From Azolla caroliniana (lineage: Eukaryota; Plantae; Polypodiophyta): DNA of 64,000 bases. Location: the NCBI GenBank assembly GCA_043228905.1, contig JBHGNT010000009.1:10850001-10914000 (forward strand), written 5' to 3'. Of this stretch, positions 1 through 13,633 are shown one piece after another. How positions within the stretch are numbered: position 1 is the first letter of the stretch; the number at the start of each line of letters is the position of its first letter. Both the position numbers and the translations under genes were made by a program. The notes under the pieces were generated by a model. The model saw nothing but the letters and a program-made list of their open reading frames with translations. It searched no databases and had not been told where the DNA came from.

Positions 1-754
1 GAGACGAGGTTCAAGATGAGGTTTCTATGGTAACACAATGGTGTTTTAAAAACCATGGGGGTGACAAATGAATGTCTTTTCTTGATCTCTATATCGATTT
101 TTTCATGGGCTCTCCTTGAGGCTCAACCATGTATGCTCGCGTCATGAATAGTGTATACACAAAAAAATGTTAACAATAAACTATGTCTCTGTGCCCACCC
201 ATGTGGTTTCGGCTCTTTAAGTCCTATTATGAGGACCCCGAAGTGCACTAAGACCTATAGTCTTAACATGTTTTATAGTCATATATATCAATAATGTTGT
301 ATGGTCTTGGTCATATTTGAACTCGAGACCTCGAGAACAAATACATTAAACACTTGAGCTAACCAAATGGTTTGCTCCTTTTGAATGTTGAATGTTTATG
401 CGTATGAGAGATATGTGAAGGCATTTGTTCATATATGTTTTTTAAAAGAAAACACATGTCTAGAAACCTTATTTCCCCCTCGTTAACTAGACAGCTATGT
501 TGGTACGTTACCCAACATCAAGTCTGATAATTATGATGGCATGTGCCAATGTGCAACCTAATGGTCAAATGTGCACAAGACCCTCCACCATGTTCATTTC
601 CCCGAAAAGGACAACCTTCGATATACCAATATCATGTAATAAATACTAATATACACATGCATATGTTTATCACATGTATATGATCAAGTATGTATACAAG
701 TGATTACATATGCATATATTAAAGAATCGTTAACATTTCATAGCCTACGAATGA

Positions 755-1080
755 TGTAATTGAGATACGTAATCAAGGCATATAGCCTCTACACACATGA
801 AACATCCAAAATAAGGGTGAACGTAATACGCAATCGAGATATTTACCTCTTACGCATACGACACAGATCACATATCAAATACATAGAAATTGAGGTATTG
901 ACCTCTACGCATACATAACATATGTATGTGAATGTAATACGCAATCGAGGTATTGACCTCTACGCATACATAACATATTTATGTGAATGTAATACGCAAT
1001 CGAGGTATTGACCTCATACGTATACGGCACAAATCACATATCAATTATATGTCAATTGAGGTATTGACCTCATACACATG
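755..1080. repeat. Tandem array of about 55-56 bp units with core GAGGTATTGACCTC
   Basis: Exact cores at 892, 947, 1002 and 1058; degenerate cores at 836 and about 776. Confidence 0.85.
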
Positions 1081-1182
1081 TAAATGTTTTATACAACCAA
1101 TTATTACCACTACAACATGTTTTCATGATTGAAATTAATACAAAATGACATGAACATGATTAGAATGGGAGAAGAAAGAATA

Positions 1183-1183
<1 letters not shown>

Positions 1184-1217
<34 letters not shown>
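1184..1217. repeat. (AAT)n microsatellite
   Basis: Directly visible. Confidence 0.95.
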
Positions 1218-1219
<2 letters not shown>

Positions 1220-1322
1220 GGAATACTAAAGTTCTTTTGTTGATGTCTTTTTGGATCAAGCTCGACTGCATCACCATCCAACAAAAACAAACCAATCAAT
1301 CAAAAGAAACATTAGAAACCTA

Positions 1323-1794
1323 AGCTTTGATATCAACTGTTAGAGCTAGATCCTAATGTAAGCATGAGATAAGGAAATATATTAGATAGAAAAGATAGGA
1401 GAGAGAAAGAAGGGTGCCGATCCACCTGACCACCCCCGAGCGAAGGGATCGAGATAGACTTGAGCCTCAATTGACGTCCCATACCATCGCCGTGACGTCA
1501 AGTCGTACCTGGTATTTGGTGCTCTCGCTTACAAGAGTTTAATCACCACAAGGACAGAGTCTCGACGTAGTCGAATGATGTGTCAAATGAGGGTAGCTAG
1601 GCCTCATATTTATAGCCAGACCTAAGGCCCCTAAGCAAGTTCACACTTGGCCTTAATGGGTTGTCTCAATCCCAAGGATTAAAACTAATCCTTCCCTTCT
1701 TTACACTCTCGTTTAACCCTCACACTTTATCCACGTGTATAGAATACTACGGTACAATCTTACCACGGAATATTATATGGTTATGCCTGTAACA
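1323..1794 (-). mobile_element. 5' LTR (1338-1794) plus PBS of an LTR retrotransposon; internal region extends leftward; probably inside an intron of the IFRD gene
   Basis: Termini are TGTTA...TAACA. On the minus strand the LTR is followed by GT-TGATATCAAAGC, a degenerate tRNA-iMet PBS (consensus TGGTATCAGAGC). Confidence 0.7.
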
Positions 1795-2196
1795 TATCAA
1801 GTAATCACTTTTAGAGTTGAAGTCATCATTGCTTAGAATTAACTAGAAACTAAAGAATCTCATTATCTATGCATGTAAGATTTTCAAGTGAATTAGATTG
1901 TAATTTTTGTCTTCAAAAGGTCTATACAGAGGTTGATCCTCAAGCAAGTGACAATCGTAAGAAATATTGAGATCAACACCACAATGAGCCTAGCTGCATA
2001 GCATAGTAGTAATTTGACTATCCAATATGGTAATATCAGTTCAGATATCCTTTTCCACTTTGGTCATGTTTAGATTGAGACAATTCAACCTAGATTGGAA
2101 GAGGGGTAGTGCATTTATGCTTACGTCATGTGACACAGATAATTGTTGTGTTACAGCATACCAACAATGATTTAATTGGTTTTGATTCTGTGGCAG

Positions 2197-3242
2197 GGTG
2201 GTGCAGTATCAGCTACTTCTATTAAGCTTAAACAAGGAGATATACTTTCTCTTGATTCATGGATTCATATAGTTCAGGTCTGAATCTTGATGTCATCAAT
2301 TATCTGCATGTTCATTTATATTAACCTACCATCACAGATTACCAGAATACCCACTTGGTAGTTTGTCACAAATTACTGTAATACCCTTGCATTTAGGGAT
2401 ATGACCTACTAAAAAATAGAGAGGTTGGGGTATTCTGGTTGTTTGTTAGGGTTTTCTTGGTGTTCTCTTCCCTTGATGATAGACAGTATGACCATTGATT
2501 TTTAATGGCATTAGTGGTGGGGTTTTTTGCAGTATAAGTTCTTTTCGCACATGCTAGGAGAAGGTCTTCAGAGGCATTTGCAGGTTATTATATTGACTCG
2601 ATGTTTCTGTTTCGAAAAATTCTAAAACATTTCCATTCTTTCTTGGGGTTGATGATCAAACCTAATTGACATCCTCCATTCCTTTCAACCCAAGTTAAAA
2701 TTTTGATATTTTTAAAACTTTCACCCAAAATGGGCCTTGTTTTACTGTGATACAAATATTTGTTTCCTCCCTTGTTTTCATTATTTTTCTTCCTTGCTCA
2801 ACTATTTTTTAGTAATTTCTAAATTATAAGCAGGAGAATACATTGCTTCATGAGATTTTCAGCTTTGTTCCTCAACAAGAAAAGAAGTTGATGTCTACCA
2901 AAGAGAAGGTATTATATGTAGTAAAAAAAAACAAATTGCATCCTTTATCTCAGTGCATGATACTCCTCTTTCTGTGTATGTTTGTATTTTCAAATAATTA
3001 TAATGTTTTTTTCCCTCTAAAGAGAATGTATATGTCGCCCAACTCCATTTTGAGCAAAGCACGAACACAAAACATGAACCGAAGGAGGTCTCAAGCTCAT
3101 GTAAGTTTTTTGACGTTTCACAAAATGAACTAAATATGTCTAGAAAAGATTTATGTCATCTCTTTACCCAGATTTCTCTTTATTTTTTGAATAGGCTGGG
3201 CAACTGGGTCACTATGGAATGAAAGAAGATGACAGTTATTAA
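2197..3242 (+). CDS. IFRD1: 3' exons of an interferon-related developmental regulator (IFRD/SAT32-like) gene; 5' part not found in the window
   Basis: Five phase-0 AG/GT-bounded exons (2197-2277, 2533-2583, 2834-2908, 3023-3100, 3195-3242) splice to GGAVSATSIKLKQGDILSLDSWIHIVQ|YKFFSHMLGEGLQRHLQ|ENTLLHEIFSFVPQQEKKLMSTKEK|RMYMSPNSILSKARTQNMNRRRSQAH|AGQLGHYGMKEDDSY*. This matches from memory the plant IFRD C-terminus (H.QEN..LH..F...EKRM..SPNS.L.KARTQ...GHY). Confidence 0.75.
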
Positions 3243-4889
3243 TTGATTATTTCATTTATATTTTCACTTTTCCATTGATTCTATAACCACGCTGAAAGAC
3301 TATTCTTCATTGTGGTAAATTTTTTTGGTCTGGTGTATTAGAAAACGAATAAAATGTCTTAAAGTGGCACAGATTTATATATAGCACACTGGTTAGCACT
3401 GTAACAAACCAGAGTTATTTTGAGGCTTTTGGTTAACTGTTGCTTCAACAAATTTTTTATCTTTTTGTACTAAAATGTATGTCATAGTTTTAGAATTATG
3501 TGGTATGTAATTTTTTGAAGTAACATCCAAGCAGTGCTAATTTTGTTTTTACATAAATCATAGAGATCTGGGTATAAATTGAATGGACTTAAAATATGCA
3601 CACGAAACATGATGTTTCTAATTCGTTGATGCTCCATCAACTTTATGTTATATTAAAATGACACTTGATATGCTTCATTGTTTCATTTGAATGGAGAATA
3701 TCAATTAGGTTGATAATCTCCCTAGCTGTATTCTTTTGCCTTTATGCATGGTGTAAATAAGGTTGAAGTTTCAATTTTTGTTCAAAGTACTTCATTCTTG
3801 GGTGAGAATGACTTGATTTGCTTATGTTATTGACATCCATCTACTTTGAGGGGTTAAGAAAACATCATCGATATGTTCTCATTGTGTTTTGATATGCCCA
3901 TTGGTTTTTTCACTTTTGTCTAGAATAGAAAAAGTTTCTTGTCCATTAATTTTTCCTAATGTTGAGGCTCTTTAAGTTACATGTCGATCCCCAAAATTGC
4001 TTTTTGGATAGTATCATCAAGTGGCCAAGGGAACTTAATTGCTCTTCTTGCATATGACAATTGAAAGCTATCTTCTTGAAACAATACATCTAATATATGA
4101 TGCTCACTTGTCATTGAGGAGCCTATTTTGGTGGAATTGCCTTTACGATCATTTAGTAACTTATTGGACTGGTGAATCCCTGTAAAATGAAGAGTTCCTT
4201 GGAGACTATTAGTTGAGTTCCAAGAAATTTTGAGGCAAGAGTGCTCAATTTGGTTTGTGGAATGCAGGCTCAGTTTTTGTGGTCTCTAATTCAAAATGTA
4301 ATGGAGAAATTAGGAGTATGCCATGGTTGCCCAAGGCATATAATCAATTTAGATTAGTTGTGTTTTGGGATATTGGTTGGAAGACATGAGGTCTTTCTAT
4401 TGTCAATGGCATTGAGGATGATTTGCAAGACATTACGATGAGGATATAGTAAAAAATGACGTAGTGGTTTTAAAAGACAAAGAAACATCCATTGAAACCA
4501 AGGGTAAATATGTAAGGAATAATGATGATCCTTGGATTGAAACCCATGCCCATGGCAAACTTCCTAAGTACATAAAGGAGAAACATAAAGAACCTTAAGG
4601 TATCAATAATTATGACTAAAATTTGATAAGAATCCAATGGTGTAAAACTTAGTCACTACACCATTGGATAAGTAACCTTGGAAGTTGGAAGTTGGAAACT
4701 AAATCATGCACTAAGCGCAAGGAAGTCTATGACTAACCAATAGCCATCCATTAGAAATGCTTTTGCCGTGTTAAGTGATCATGTTGGGGATGTACATGAC
4801 ATACTTGTGCAACGGGAACATGCTCTAGAAGCCAAAAGACCCCACCGTGAATGATGACGACATGGTATATAAAGCGAGCTTATTCTCTG

Positions 4890-5891
4890 TAACAGATGTA
4901 TGATATGTGGAGAGTAGTCAAGAGGATGTATGATGCTCAATGGAGCGAGCGTAAGGATAATGCAAAGTCTAGGTCTTCTTTTCAGAATAAAAAGGATATC
5001 ATGTTTGTTGGAGTTAATGATGGATATTATTTCGGCATAGTCCTGACTCCTTATTATGAAGGGAAACGCTACACCTTCTGGTGATCCGAAGTGATGATCA
5101 TGGATGATTCGTAGTGGTAGAGATCATCTGCATCTATAAAGGGGAAATGATATGGGTAGTGATCATTTATGCACCAAATCATGTCATCCAACATATTACG
5201 CTTTGGAGATGCCTAAGCCAAGTTATTGGTCTTGGGAAGCCATGTTTTTTGCAAGGCGATTTTAATATGTGTTCTAACGTGATCTATTATACTTCAATGC
5301 ATAGTTTAATGGATCCTCCAAAAGAAAGGTTTTACATTCCTTCCCAATTGATTCGTTCACAATTGAAGTTTAAAAAAATGATGCATGGACTTGTTCGAAA
5401 GTTTGGGATTTGTTTTGCAATCTTGGTTAAACCTTTCAATTTGCAGAATAGAAATCAACATGGAGTCAATTGGTTTGTATATATGTGATGGATGATAATG
5501 CACACATCAAACACTGAATGCTTTTCGATCTTTATTGGGAAAGCAACCACTTAGATTCATCTCTTCATTTTTGGGACATAAATTTTTTTGCCAAGTGATG
5601 TGACGAGAAAAGTAAGGGTTCATGGTGTTCCTATAGATTGTTGTTATGGGTTTCCAAAGCATCTTGATGTAACAAAAGGTGAGCATTATAAAAATATAAG
5701 GATGATATAAGCTTTGTTGGTATGCCTCCCCTTAGATGATGTGTTGTTGGATGTATAAAAGTTACATTCTCCCAAGCCTTGCAAGATGGTGAGGTTTCCT
5801 CGCAATAAAAAATCTCATCGGATGGACATGGAATGAGAACTACAAGATCATAATTATCAATCATGTAAATTCTTCGAAGGATTATATGATC
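4890..5891 (+). mobile_element. Highly degenerate L1-like LINE, endonuclease part (left boundary approximate)
   Basis: APE-endonuclease-like motifs IYAPN...LW..L...GDFN at about 5160-5270. Confidence 0.5.
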
Positions 5892-6107
5892 TGTTGAGAA
5901 TCGAACTCAACTTCCCATAGATAGGTTTCACACTAGCTCATGGACATTCTAGGCTAGTTTTGTAAATAGTAGAAAGGGTGCTTGCCCTAGCTTAGTTGGT
6001 ATATAAACCAACTCATTGTAACTTAGTCACTGTTGGATGTATCTCGTTTTGTTAATATTATATACACTCTTTGTCTATCTCTGTCTCTCTCTCTCTCTCT
6101 GTGTTGT

Positions 6108-6154
<47 letters not shown>

Positions 6155-9100
6155 GCTCACCTTCCGCTGCAATACAACCACTCTTGCCGTCCCATTTCTT
6201 AACATGGTATCAGAGCTTGTGGTTGCCTAATCAAGCATCTTTCGAGTGTGTTATGTTGCACACCGACGATCAACAGAACCGGCCCATCGACAAAGAAGAA
6301 ATCACCATGAATACTCAAATGGAAAGCGCTCTTCCTACCGAGAAGCATGACAGAATGAACTTTGCATCTTGGGAATACAATATGCATCAATATCTTGTTG
6401 GACAAGGCTACTAGAGCTACATCGAAGGAGCTCATGAATCACACCCCAACCCAACACACACTGACTATCCCGCTTGGGAGCAGGCCGCAAGTTGTGTGTT
6501 GTATTGCCTTGCATCATGCGTTCATGATCATATATGCTTGGCTACATTCGACAGGCTAAAACGTCGAAGCAGGCGTGGGAAAACCTCAAGAAGATCTTTG
6601 CAGCCAATACGGCCGCACGAAAGCTCCAACTTCGACAGGAGTTCAAGAATCTTCAACAAAGGGACATGTCAATCGACAACTATACCTTGAAGATCAAGGA
6701 GCTATGTGACGCCCTCGGATCGATCAACGTCGTCATTGACGATGATGAACTGGTGCAGATATGCCTCAGAGGCTTAGCACCGCATTTCGGTGCGATTAGA
6801 TCGGCTATTCTCACAAGGGAGAACCCTCCCTCCTTCGACCTTCAATCGATATTGCTGGTCGAAGAGAATCACACCCGACAGAGGAACAACGCATCAAATG
6901 GTCATTTGGTCTATACTCCCAATCGGATAATAGAAGAGATTTCGGTCGTGGAAATAGAGATCGTTTCGGACAAGGCCATAATGATCGGCAGAATCAAGGG
7001 CGTAACTCCCACCAGTGGCAAGCGGACAGGAACGGGCCCAGAGAGCTTGGCGGAAGGGGGATTCATAACACCAGACCGAGCAATCACTGAAACCCAGTCG
7101 AGTGCGGGTACTGCGGAAAACCTAGCCACTACGAAGAAGAGTGCCGGAAGAAGAAACGTGAGGCAAGCCAACAACTGACAAATTACACCATGAACTCCGA
7201 CTACGGCGACCGTGGTGAAATGTTCATAATGAAGCACAAAGCACACTCGATGTCTGCATTTGCGACAACCAGCGCCTCCACCCCTAACAATGTATGGTTT
7301 GTCGATTCGGGAGCTTCCAATCACATGACTTCCCATGAAGATTGGTTTTGGGAATTACGGAAGCCGGAACGTCCCGGATATGTCGAAACATGCGATGATA
7401 CGACTCATCCAATACAGCATATCGGGAATGTCCCATTTGGAAACGATGGCGAACAGACCTACCTCAAGAACGTACTGCATGTTCCCACCATCACGAAAAA
7501 TCTGGTCTCAGTAGGCCAGATTGTAGAACAAGGAATGCATGTACGCTTCAACAACGATGGGTGCTTCATTGAAAAAGGCAGTCAAATCCTAGCTCACGGC
7601 AGACGAGAAGGCCGTAGGTTCATCCTCGAGTCGAGCGAAGTAAAGTCGGCCATGTACACAAAAGGCCAGAAAGTCGAAACCGACTTAAAGTTGTGGCATA
7701 AGAGAATCAGCCACATCAATCTCCAGAAGCTTCAGAACATGTAGACAAAAGGAGTTGTAATCGGACTCCCGAACTTTACGGCAAAGGAGATCACGGGAGT
7801 GTGCGAAGCATGCCAATTCGGAAAGCAACGCCGTCATCCATTTCCAAAAGAGCGGAATGTAAGCAAAGGGATCCTGGATGTCATACATTCAGATGTGTGG
7901 GGACCATCCCAAACAACTACTTTCGGCGGATGTCATTACTATGTCACTTTCATCGACGACTTCTCCAGAAATACCTCGATTTATCTGATGAAGCAAAAGA
8001 GTGAAGTGTTCAACCACTTCCAGAAGTTCAAGGACGAAGTGGAAAAAGCCACGGGCCGGCATGTACGCTGCCTTCGATCAGATGGAGGCAAAGAATATTT
8101 TTCGGATGAGTTCTCGACGTATCTCCGCAAGGAAGGAGTCCAATGAGAGTTCTCGTGTCAACATACACCTCAGCAAAACGGTGTAGCTGAGCGTAAAAAC
8201 CGCCACATAGTAGAAGTCGCACGAGCCATGATGAATGAGAAGAACCTGCCGAAATCGTACTGGGTAGAAGCGGCGAACACGACCGTATACCTCATGAATA
8301 GGTGCACAACCTCAGGAGTACATGACATAACTCCTCATGAGATGTTCTTTGGAAAGAAGCCAGACTTATCGCATGTCCGCATTTTCGGCTCTATCGCCTA
8401 CGTACATATTCCCGACGATACGCGACAAAAGCTCGATCCGAAGTCGGAGAAATGTATCCTCGTAGGATACTCACTCGAACAGAAGGGGTACAAGTGCTAC
8501 AACCCATCTACTCGTAAGGTTCGAACAAGTCAAGACGTAGTCTTCGACGAATACGCATCCTGGTACACACCAGAGAACACTTCGACTCCAACCCCGCTCA
8601 ACGCGGATGACACTGAAATAGAAATAGAAGCTGAGGATCGTCTCACGCAGATGTTCGAAGACAACCCAACTACGACACGACTGAGTGGACCGCAAGAGCC
8701 CCCAAGTGATAAAAGCACATTTCGGCCAAGTCCACTGCTAGACAAAGGCAAGGCGAAAATGCAGGAGTATGAAAATCATTTCGATCTCAACAGTGAGTTC
8801 GAAGGCCTTGACATCCACATAGACGACGTGAAGAAACCCCTAGAATCCGCAAATGACAAGCCACGCCGATCCACACGCAAGAAGAACCCTGTAAACCGCT
8901 ACGGCTACAACGAGTACATGGCGTATCATTACGCATTCATGATGAAGGTCATGTCAGTACGGGAACCAGAAACACTTTCCGAAGCCGCAAAGGATCCGCG
9001 ATGAATGTGGAGATGGAAGCATTATGCAAAAATGAGACATGGGATCTCGTTCCTCACCCCACGAATAAGAAACCAATTGGTTGCAGGTGGATTTACAAGG

Positions 9101-10778
9101 TGAAGCACAATGTCGATGGTTCCATAAATCGCTTCAAAGCACGACTCGTTGCAAAAGGCTACGCACATACACACGACGTAGACGACGAAGAAACCTTTGC
9201 CCCAGTGGCAAAGATGACGACAGTACAGACCGTAATCGCGCTAGCAGCAGCAAAAGGGTGGCACCTCCATCAGATGGACGTGAAAAACACTTTCCTCCAA
9301 GGAGAGCTAGAAGAAGAGGTGTATATGACACAACCACCCGGATTCGAATCGCGTAATCATCCGCACGCCGTATGCCGACTCAAGAAGCCACTCTACAGCC
9401 TCAAACAAGCACCACGTGCTTGGCACTCGAAGATCACGCAATATCTTCACCAAGTCGGCTTTTGGATGTCAAAATCCGATACATCTCTGTGCATCCGAAA
9501 TGAGTCGGATAGCCCGATAGTCATCATTCTATACGTGGATGACTTAGTTATCGGAGGAAAGGATCTCGCCGAGATTAACAAAGTTAAATCAGCATATTCG
9601 AAATGAAGGACCTGCACGAACCTCATTACTTTCTAGGTATTGAAGTAATTCAGCCACCAGTCGAGATAATGATCTCACAACGGCACTACATCCTCAACCT
9701 ACTGTACAAATTCTGAATGATAGAGTGCAAATCTGTGTCTACCCCTCTTGAACGTAATCTCAAGATCGATGCTAGTTTTGGCATGGCTGCGAGCGAGTCG
9801 ACTCAGTATCGTCAACTGATCGGCAGTCTAATCTACCTAACCATTACGCGACCCGACCTCAGTTATTCAGTCGGCCTACTTAGCGAATTCATGCAGAACC
9901 CAAGAAACCTTCACCTCGATTGCGCTAAGAGGATACTACGGTATGTCAGCACAACAATGGATTATGGCATCTTGTATAAGTCGAATACGACCATTCAACT
10001 TGAAGGGTACACAAACGCGGATTGGGCAGGATACAAAGCGGATAGACGATCCACATCCGGATTCGTCTTCTCCCTCGGCAGTAGAGCGATCTCCTGGAGC
10101 AACAAGAAACAATTGATACTCACATTGTCGAGCACAGAAGCCGAATACAGGGGCGCGGCAGTCGCCGCATGCAAAGTTGTATGGCTTAAGCGTATACTAA
10201 AAGATCTGGGCGTACCTATCAAAGATCTAATATGTCTGTACTGCGACAACATGAGCAGTATCTACCTCGCACGTAACCCCATATTTCTCGCACGGACTAA
10301 ACACATCGAAGTGCACTACCACTTTATCCGTGAGCACGTCTAGGCTGGAGAAATTGACCTCCAACACATCAACACGCACCTACAACTCGTTGATATCTTT
10401 ACGAAGGCCTTAGGCATCGACAAGCTCGGGCAATTTGCATTGGATCTTGGTCTCACGTCGTCCACATTGCCGAGCTTGAGGGGGAGTACGCAGACGCAGC
10501 ATGGATAGGCTACGCAATACACAACACAGCCGACTAGACAAGTCAAAGTACGAACTGAACGACTTTCCGACAGATGGAAGTTGTGTTCGAAGGGGCGTGT
10601 TGAGAATCGAACTCAACTTCCTATAGATAGGTTTCACACTAGCTCATGGACATTCCAAGCTAGTTTTGTAAATAGTAGAAAGGGCGCTTGCCCTAGCTTA
10701 GTTGGTATATAAACCAACTCATTGTAACTTAGTCACTGTTGGATGTATCTCCTATTGTTAATATTATATACACTTTTG

Positions 10779-10830
<52 letters not shown>

Positions 10831-10899
10831 GTTATACACACACACATACACTCACCTTCCACTGCGATACAACCACTCTTGTCGTCCCATTTCTTAACA
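5892..10899 (+). mobile_element. Full-length Ty1/Copia LTR retrotransposon with a disabled ORF
   Basis: LTRs at 5892-6204 and 10598-10899 (TG...CA); TSD TGATC (5887-5891 and 10900-10904); PBS TGGTATCAGAGC at 6205-6216; PPT GAAGGGGCG; domain order gag-PR-INT-RT-RH. Confidence 0.97.
6307..10508 (+). pseudogene. Copia gag-pol polyprotein broken by stops and frameshifts
   Basis: WFVDSGASNHM (PR), HSDVWGP...LRSDGGKEY (INT), [13 protein letters not shown] and LYVDD (RT), ADWAG...RTKHIEVHYHFIRE (RNase H). Premature stops occur at about 6412, 7742, 8144 and 9002. Confidence 0.92.
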
Positions 10900-10904
10900 T
10901 GATC

Positions 10905-11780
10905 ATTGATGACCATGCTAGATGTGCCTCTAAATATTTTTGATAATTGTACTTTCAACATTTCACAAGTCTTTTTACTCTAGAATGTTCTTTTAAATAA
11001 ATAAACTAGACAAGCTAGGTCAATGTTATTCGAATCCATCAAGGAGAAGGTTCGGCAAGAAGTCGTAATGACTGTGGAGGAAGATATATATGAAGATGAG
11101 AAGGAATGTGCAAATAATTGTGGATTATGCTAAGAAATTGAAACAAGAAATTGTAATGGTTCAATTCCATATTGAGCATGTTTATGATTATGATTATGTA
11201 AGGTTGGTCTTGGTGCAAGGATGGCTTGTCTCGATTTCATGTTGGTGGTATGTGTAATGTCACATGCTATGTTGAATGATCAAGTGACAAAAGTGATACC
11301 TTTGCCATACTCTATACAACAAAAATGTCCATTGAGCCCATTATTGTTTGTCATTACTCGGTAGGGAAATTGCAGGACTTGTACTATCATCAAGGAAACA
11401 ATTGATAGCTTGGGCATTAGCAAATGGTTTGTTCTTGTTCCTTCACTATGTTAATATGGTTAAAGTTATTGAAGGCTCCAGGATCACTATTGCTGATTTT
11501 CGTCCCTCAAATATGTCCCTTTCTATGCAGTAAGAAATTGGGTCAAACTTGGATGACAAGGGAAAATTGTGGACGAATGTGAGGTTTGTCACCATTTAGG
11601 TTACTCTCTTGGCGTTTATCTCACCCTCTCAAAGTTTGACTTGTTCCTTAATATTTAATGCTACCGAAGTTTAAAATTCATAACCAAGTTAGAAAATATA
11701 CTAATTGGTTACCAATAGAGATACACACATTCTTGGTTATTACATCGAGATGGAAAGGAAAATATCAAGTCTAAGTTCAA
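10905..11780 (+). mobile_element. Continuation of the degenerate LINE (RT part) after the Copia insertion
   Basis: IQQKCPLSPLLFVI at about 11314-11356 resembles the LINE RT motif RQGCPLSPLLF. Confidence 0.45.
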
Positions 11781-11869
11781 TCAATCTCAAGGATGATCTT
11801 GGTAACTATTATAACCTCTTTATATATAGTGGAGCCCCCGGGCGTGGCACATACACCTCTACATATTAG

Positions 11870-13633
11870 TCGCAGTCATACCCATAGTTGACGTCATACC
11901 GGTCCTCAGCCTGTTGGGAGCGGCCCTCATAACAGGGTCTTTCGGCTTCCCAAAAGTGAGTCGGTTGGCGGAGTTGATCTTCGTGCCGCACTCGATCATT
12001 ACGTGGCTCGATATGTCACACTAGGGTCGTTGATCTATTCAACAAGTTGTATTCACATTGATCAAGGGTGTGGGCGTTGGAGTGACAGATCGAGCAATGC
12101 GATCGTAGTGTGCATTCGACCCTCGAATGGTCGGGATTTAAGCATGTTGTGCATTGTACGGCATGCCAAAATTGGAGCTCTTCTATTTTCGGCAAGGCGT
12201 GTTGTAAGGAGGCCATCAAGAGAGTTTTGTTGGTTTGAACGCTATCCATGGTGAGGACGCAATCAATGACCTACTCGATTGAGTGTTGCGAAAAGTCGAG
12301 TAGGGCCAAAGTTGTTCAGAAGGTTCCCAAAGAGCCGCGAGAAAGGTCTCTTTTAGTTCATCGGCCGGAATTTGCCGAGCCAGCTGTCTTCGTAAGTTTT
12401 GAAATCGAATGATGAACTGTGGAACCGGTTCCTGAGATATGGCGTAAAACTAGCTCATGAGTTCTCGATTGGGGATCTGCCAATGGAAGAGCCAAGTGAA
12501 TCTATCCCGCAACTCTTGAAAGGACGGAAACTCTCCCAAGTCATGTTGGGAGTACTAGTTTTGCGGCTTGTGCGTCGAGTGACAAGGCAAACTCCGCAAT
12601 TTTTGATGCGCCCGCATCAGCTGGGATCAATTGTTAGGACACGTGGTTAGCCTGCAACGTGGTAAGGAAAGCTCAGACATGCGCCTCTACGTCGGCGTCG
12701 TCGTTGTATCTCGCGTATGGGTATGGTGGCATGGTGTCAAATTCCAAAATTCGCCGATATCTCGGGTATGGGTATGGCATGGTGGCCATCGTCGGGGTGT
12801 TCGAGACCTCAAAGCTATTGTCGCTAGTCGAAACTGGATCGGGAAGCATTGCTGACTGGGCTTCCGGAAGGGGTTGCTCCGTGAGTGCGGAGTCGTGACG
12901 CTCTCTTCGGCACATTCGGCACGTTGGGACGTTGTCCAAGTGCGTATTCCCCTGGGATGCGTCGTTACGGTGACCGGTGACTGGGTCTTTCTCCTCCTTT
13001 GCATGATCTGTATGTACTCACAGCTCAAGCTGAGCTTGCCAAATTGTGTTAGCTACCTCCTGGAGGAACACATGGTCAGATTACTCCTCCTAAGTAATCG
13101 GGTCAAGGAGTTGTGGTGCGAAGGAGAATGAGGTTACGAATACTCTGCCGAACCCGCGCTTAGACCGATTCGGAAATGATGACCTTACTCCAAGAGTGAC
13201 CGGAGGTATCTAGTACAAGCCGTTATTTCGATGTAGACTCAAAGTCGCAGATCGATTTACTATTGACAAAACAGAACAATGGAAAAGGTTTACTACAGAA
13301 TCGGCAACAATCGATTTCAGACTCACAAATTACATAGACTTGCGATTACACAGACAACCCACTTGGATCACAAGTCAGATATACCAGATTACCCCACAAG
13401 AACAATAAATATATTAAGAACACTCTCTGTTACAAGTACCGATCAACTGTTGGTATGGCACTCACTTACTTCTCGATAGGATCTAGCTTCCAAAATAATA
13501 TATCTCGGTTATTTATATATATAGGCCTCCATGCTTGGCGTGTTACCCTCGCCCTTCCTTAATATTCGGTTTCCTTCATTCGGCTCCCTTTGTCTTCTTT
13601 CACACCTTGTTTCACTTGTCCCACCAGTCAACA
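11870..13633 (-). mobile_element. Truncated Gypsy element: LTR (about 13261-13633) plus gag remnant
   Basis: LTR ends are T(A)TTGAC...GTCAACA. Gag motifs MPPYPYARYNDDADVEAHV and CTTCLNPDHSRVEC..CSICHSNAHTLDQCEYNLLNR are homologous to the gag at 53515-54455. Confidence 0.75.

Noticed and set aside
755-1080. CRISPR-like repeat-spacer array
   Set aside because: The spacers are homologous to each other, the context is eukaryotic and there are no cas genes.
1925-2050. Additional upstream IFRD exon
   Set aside because: The frames I checked contain stops and do not resemble the expected sequence.
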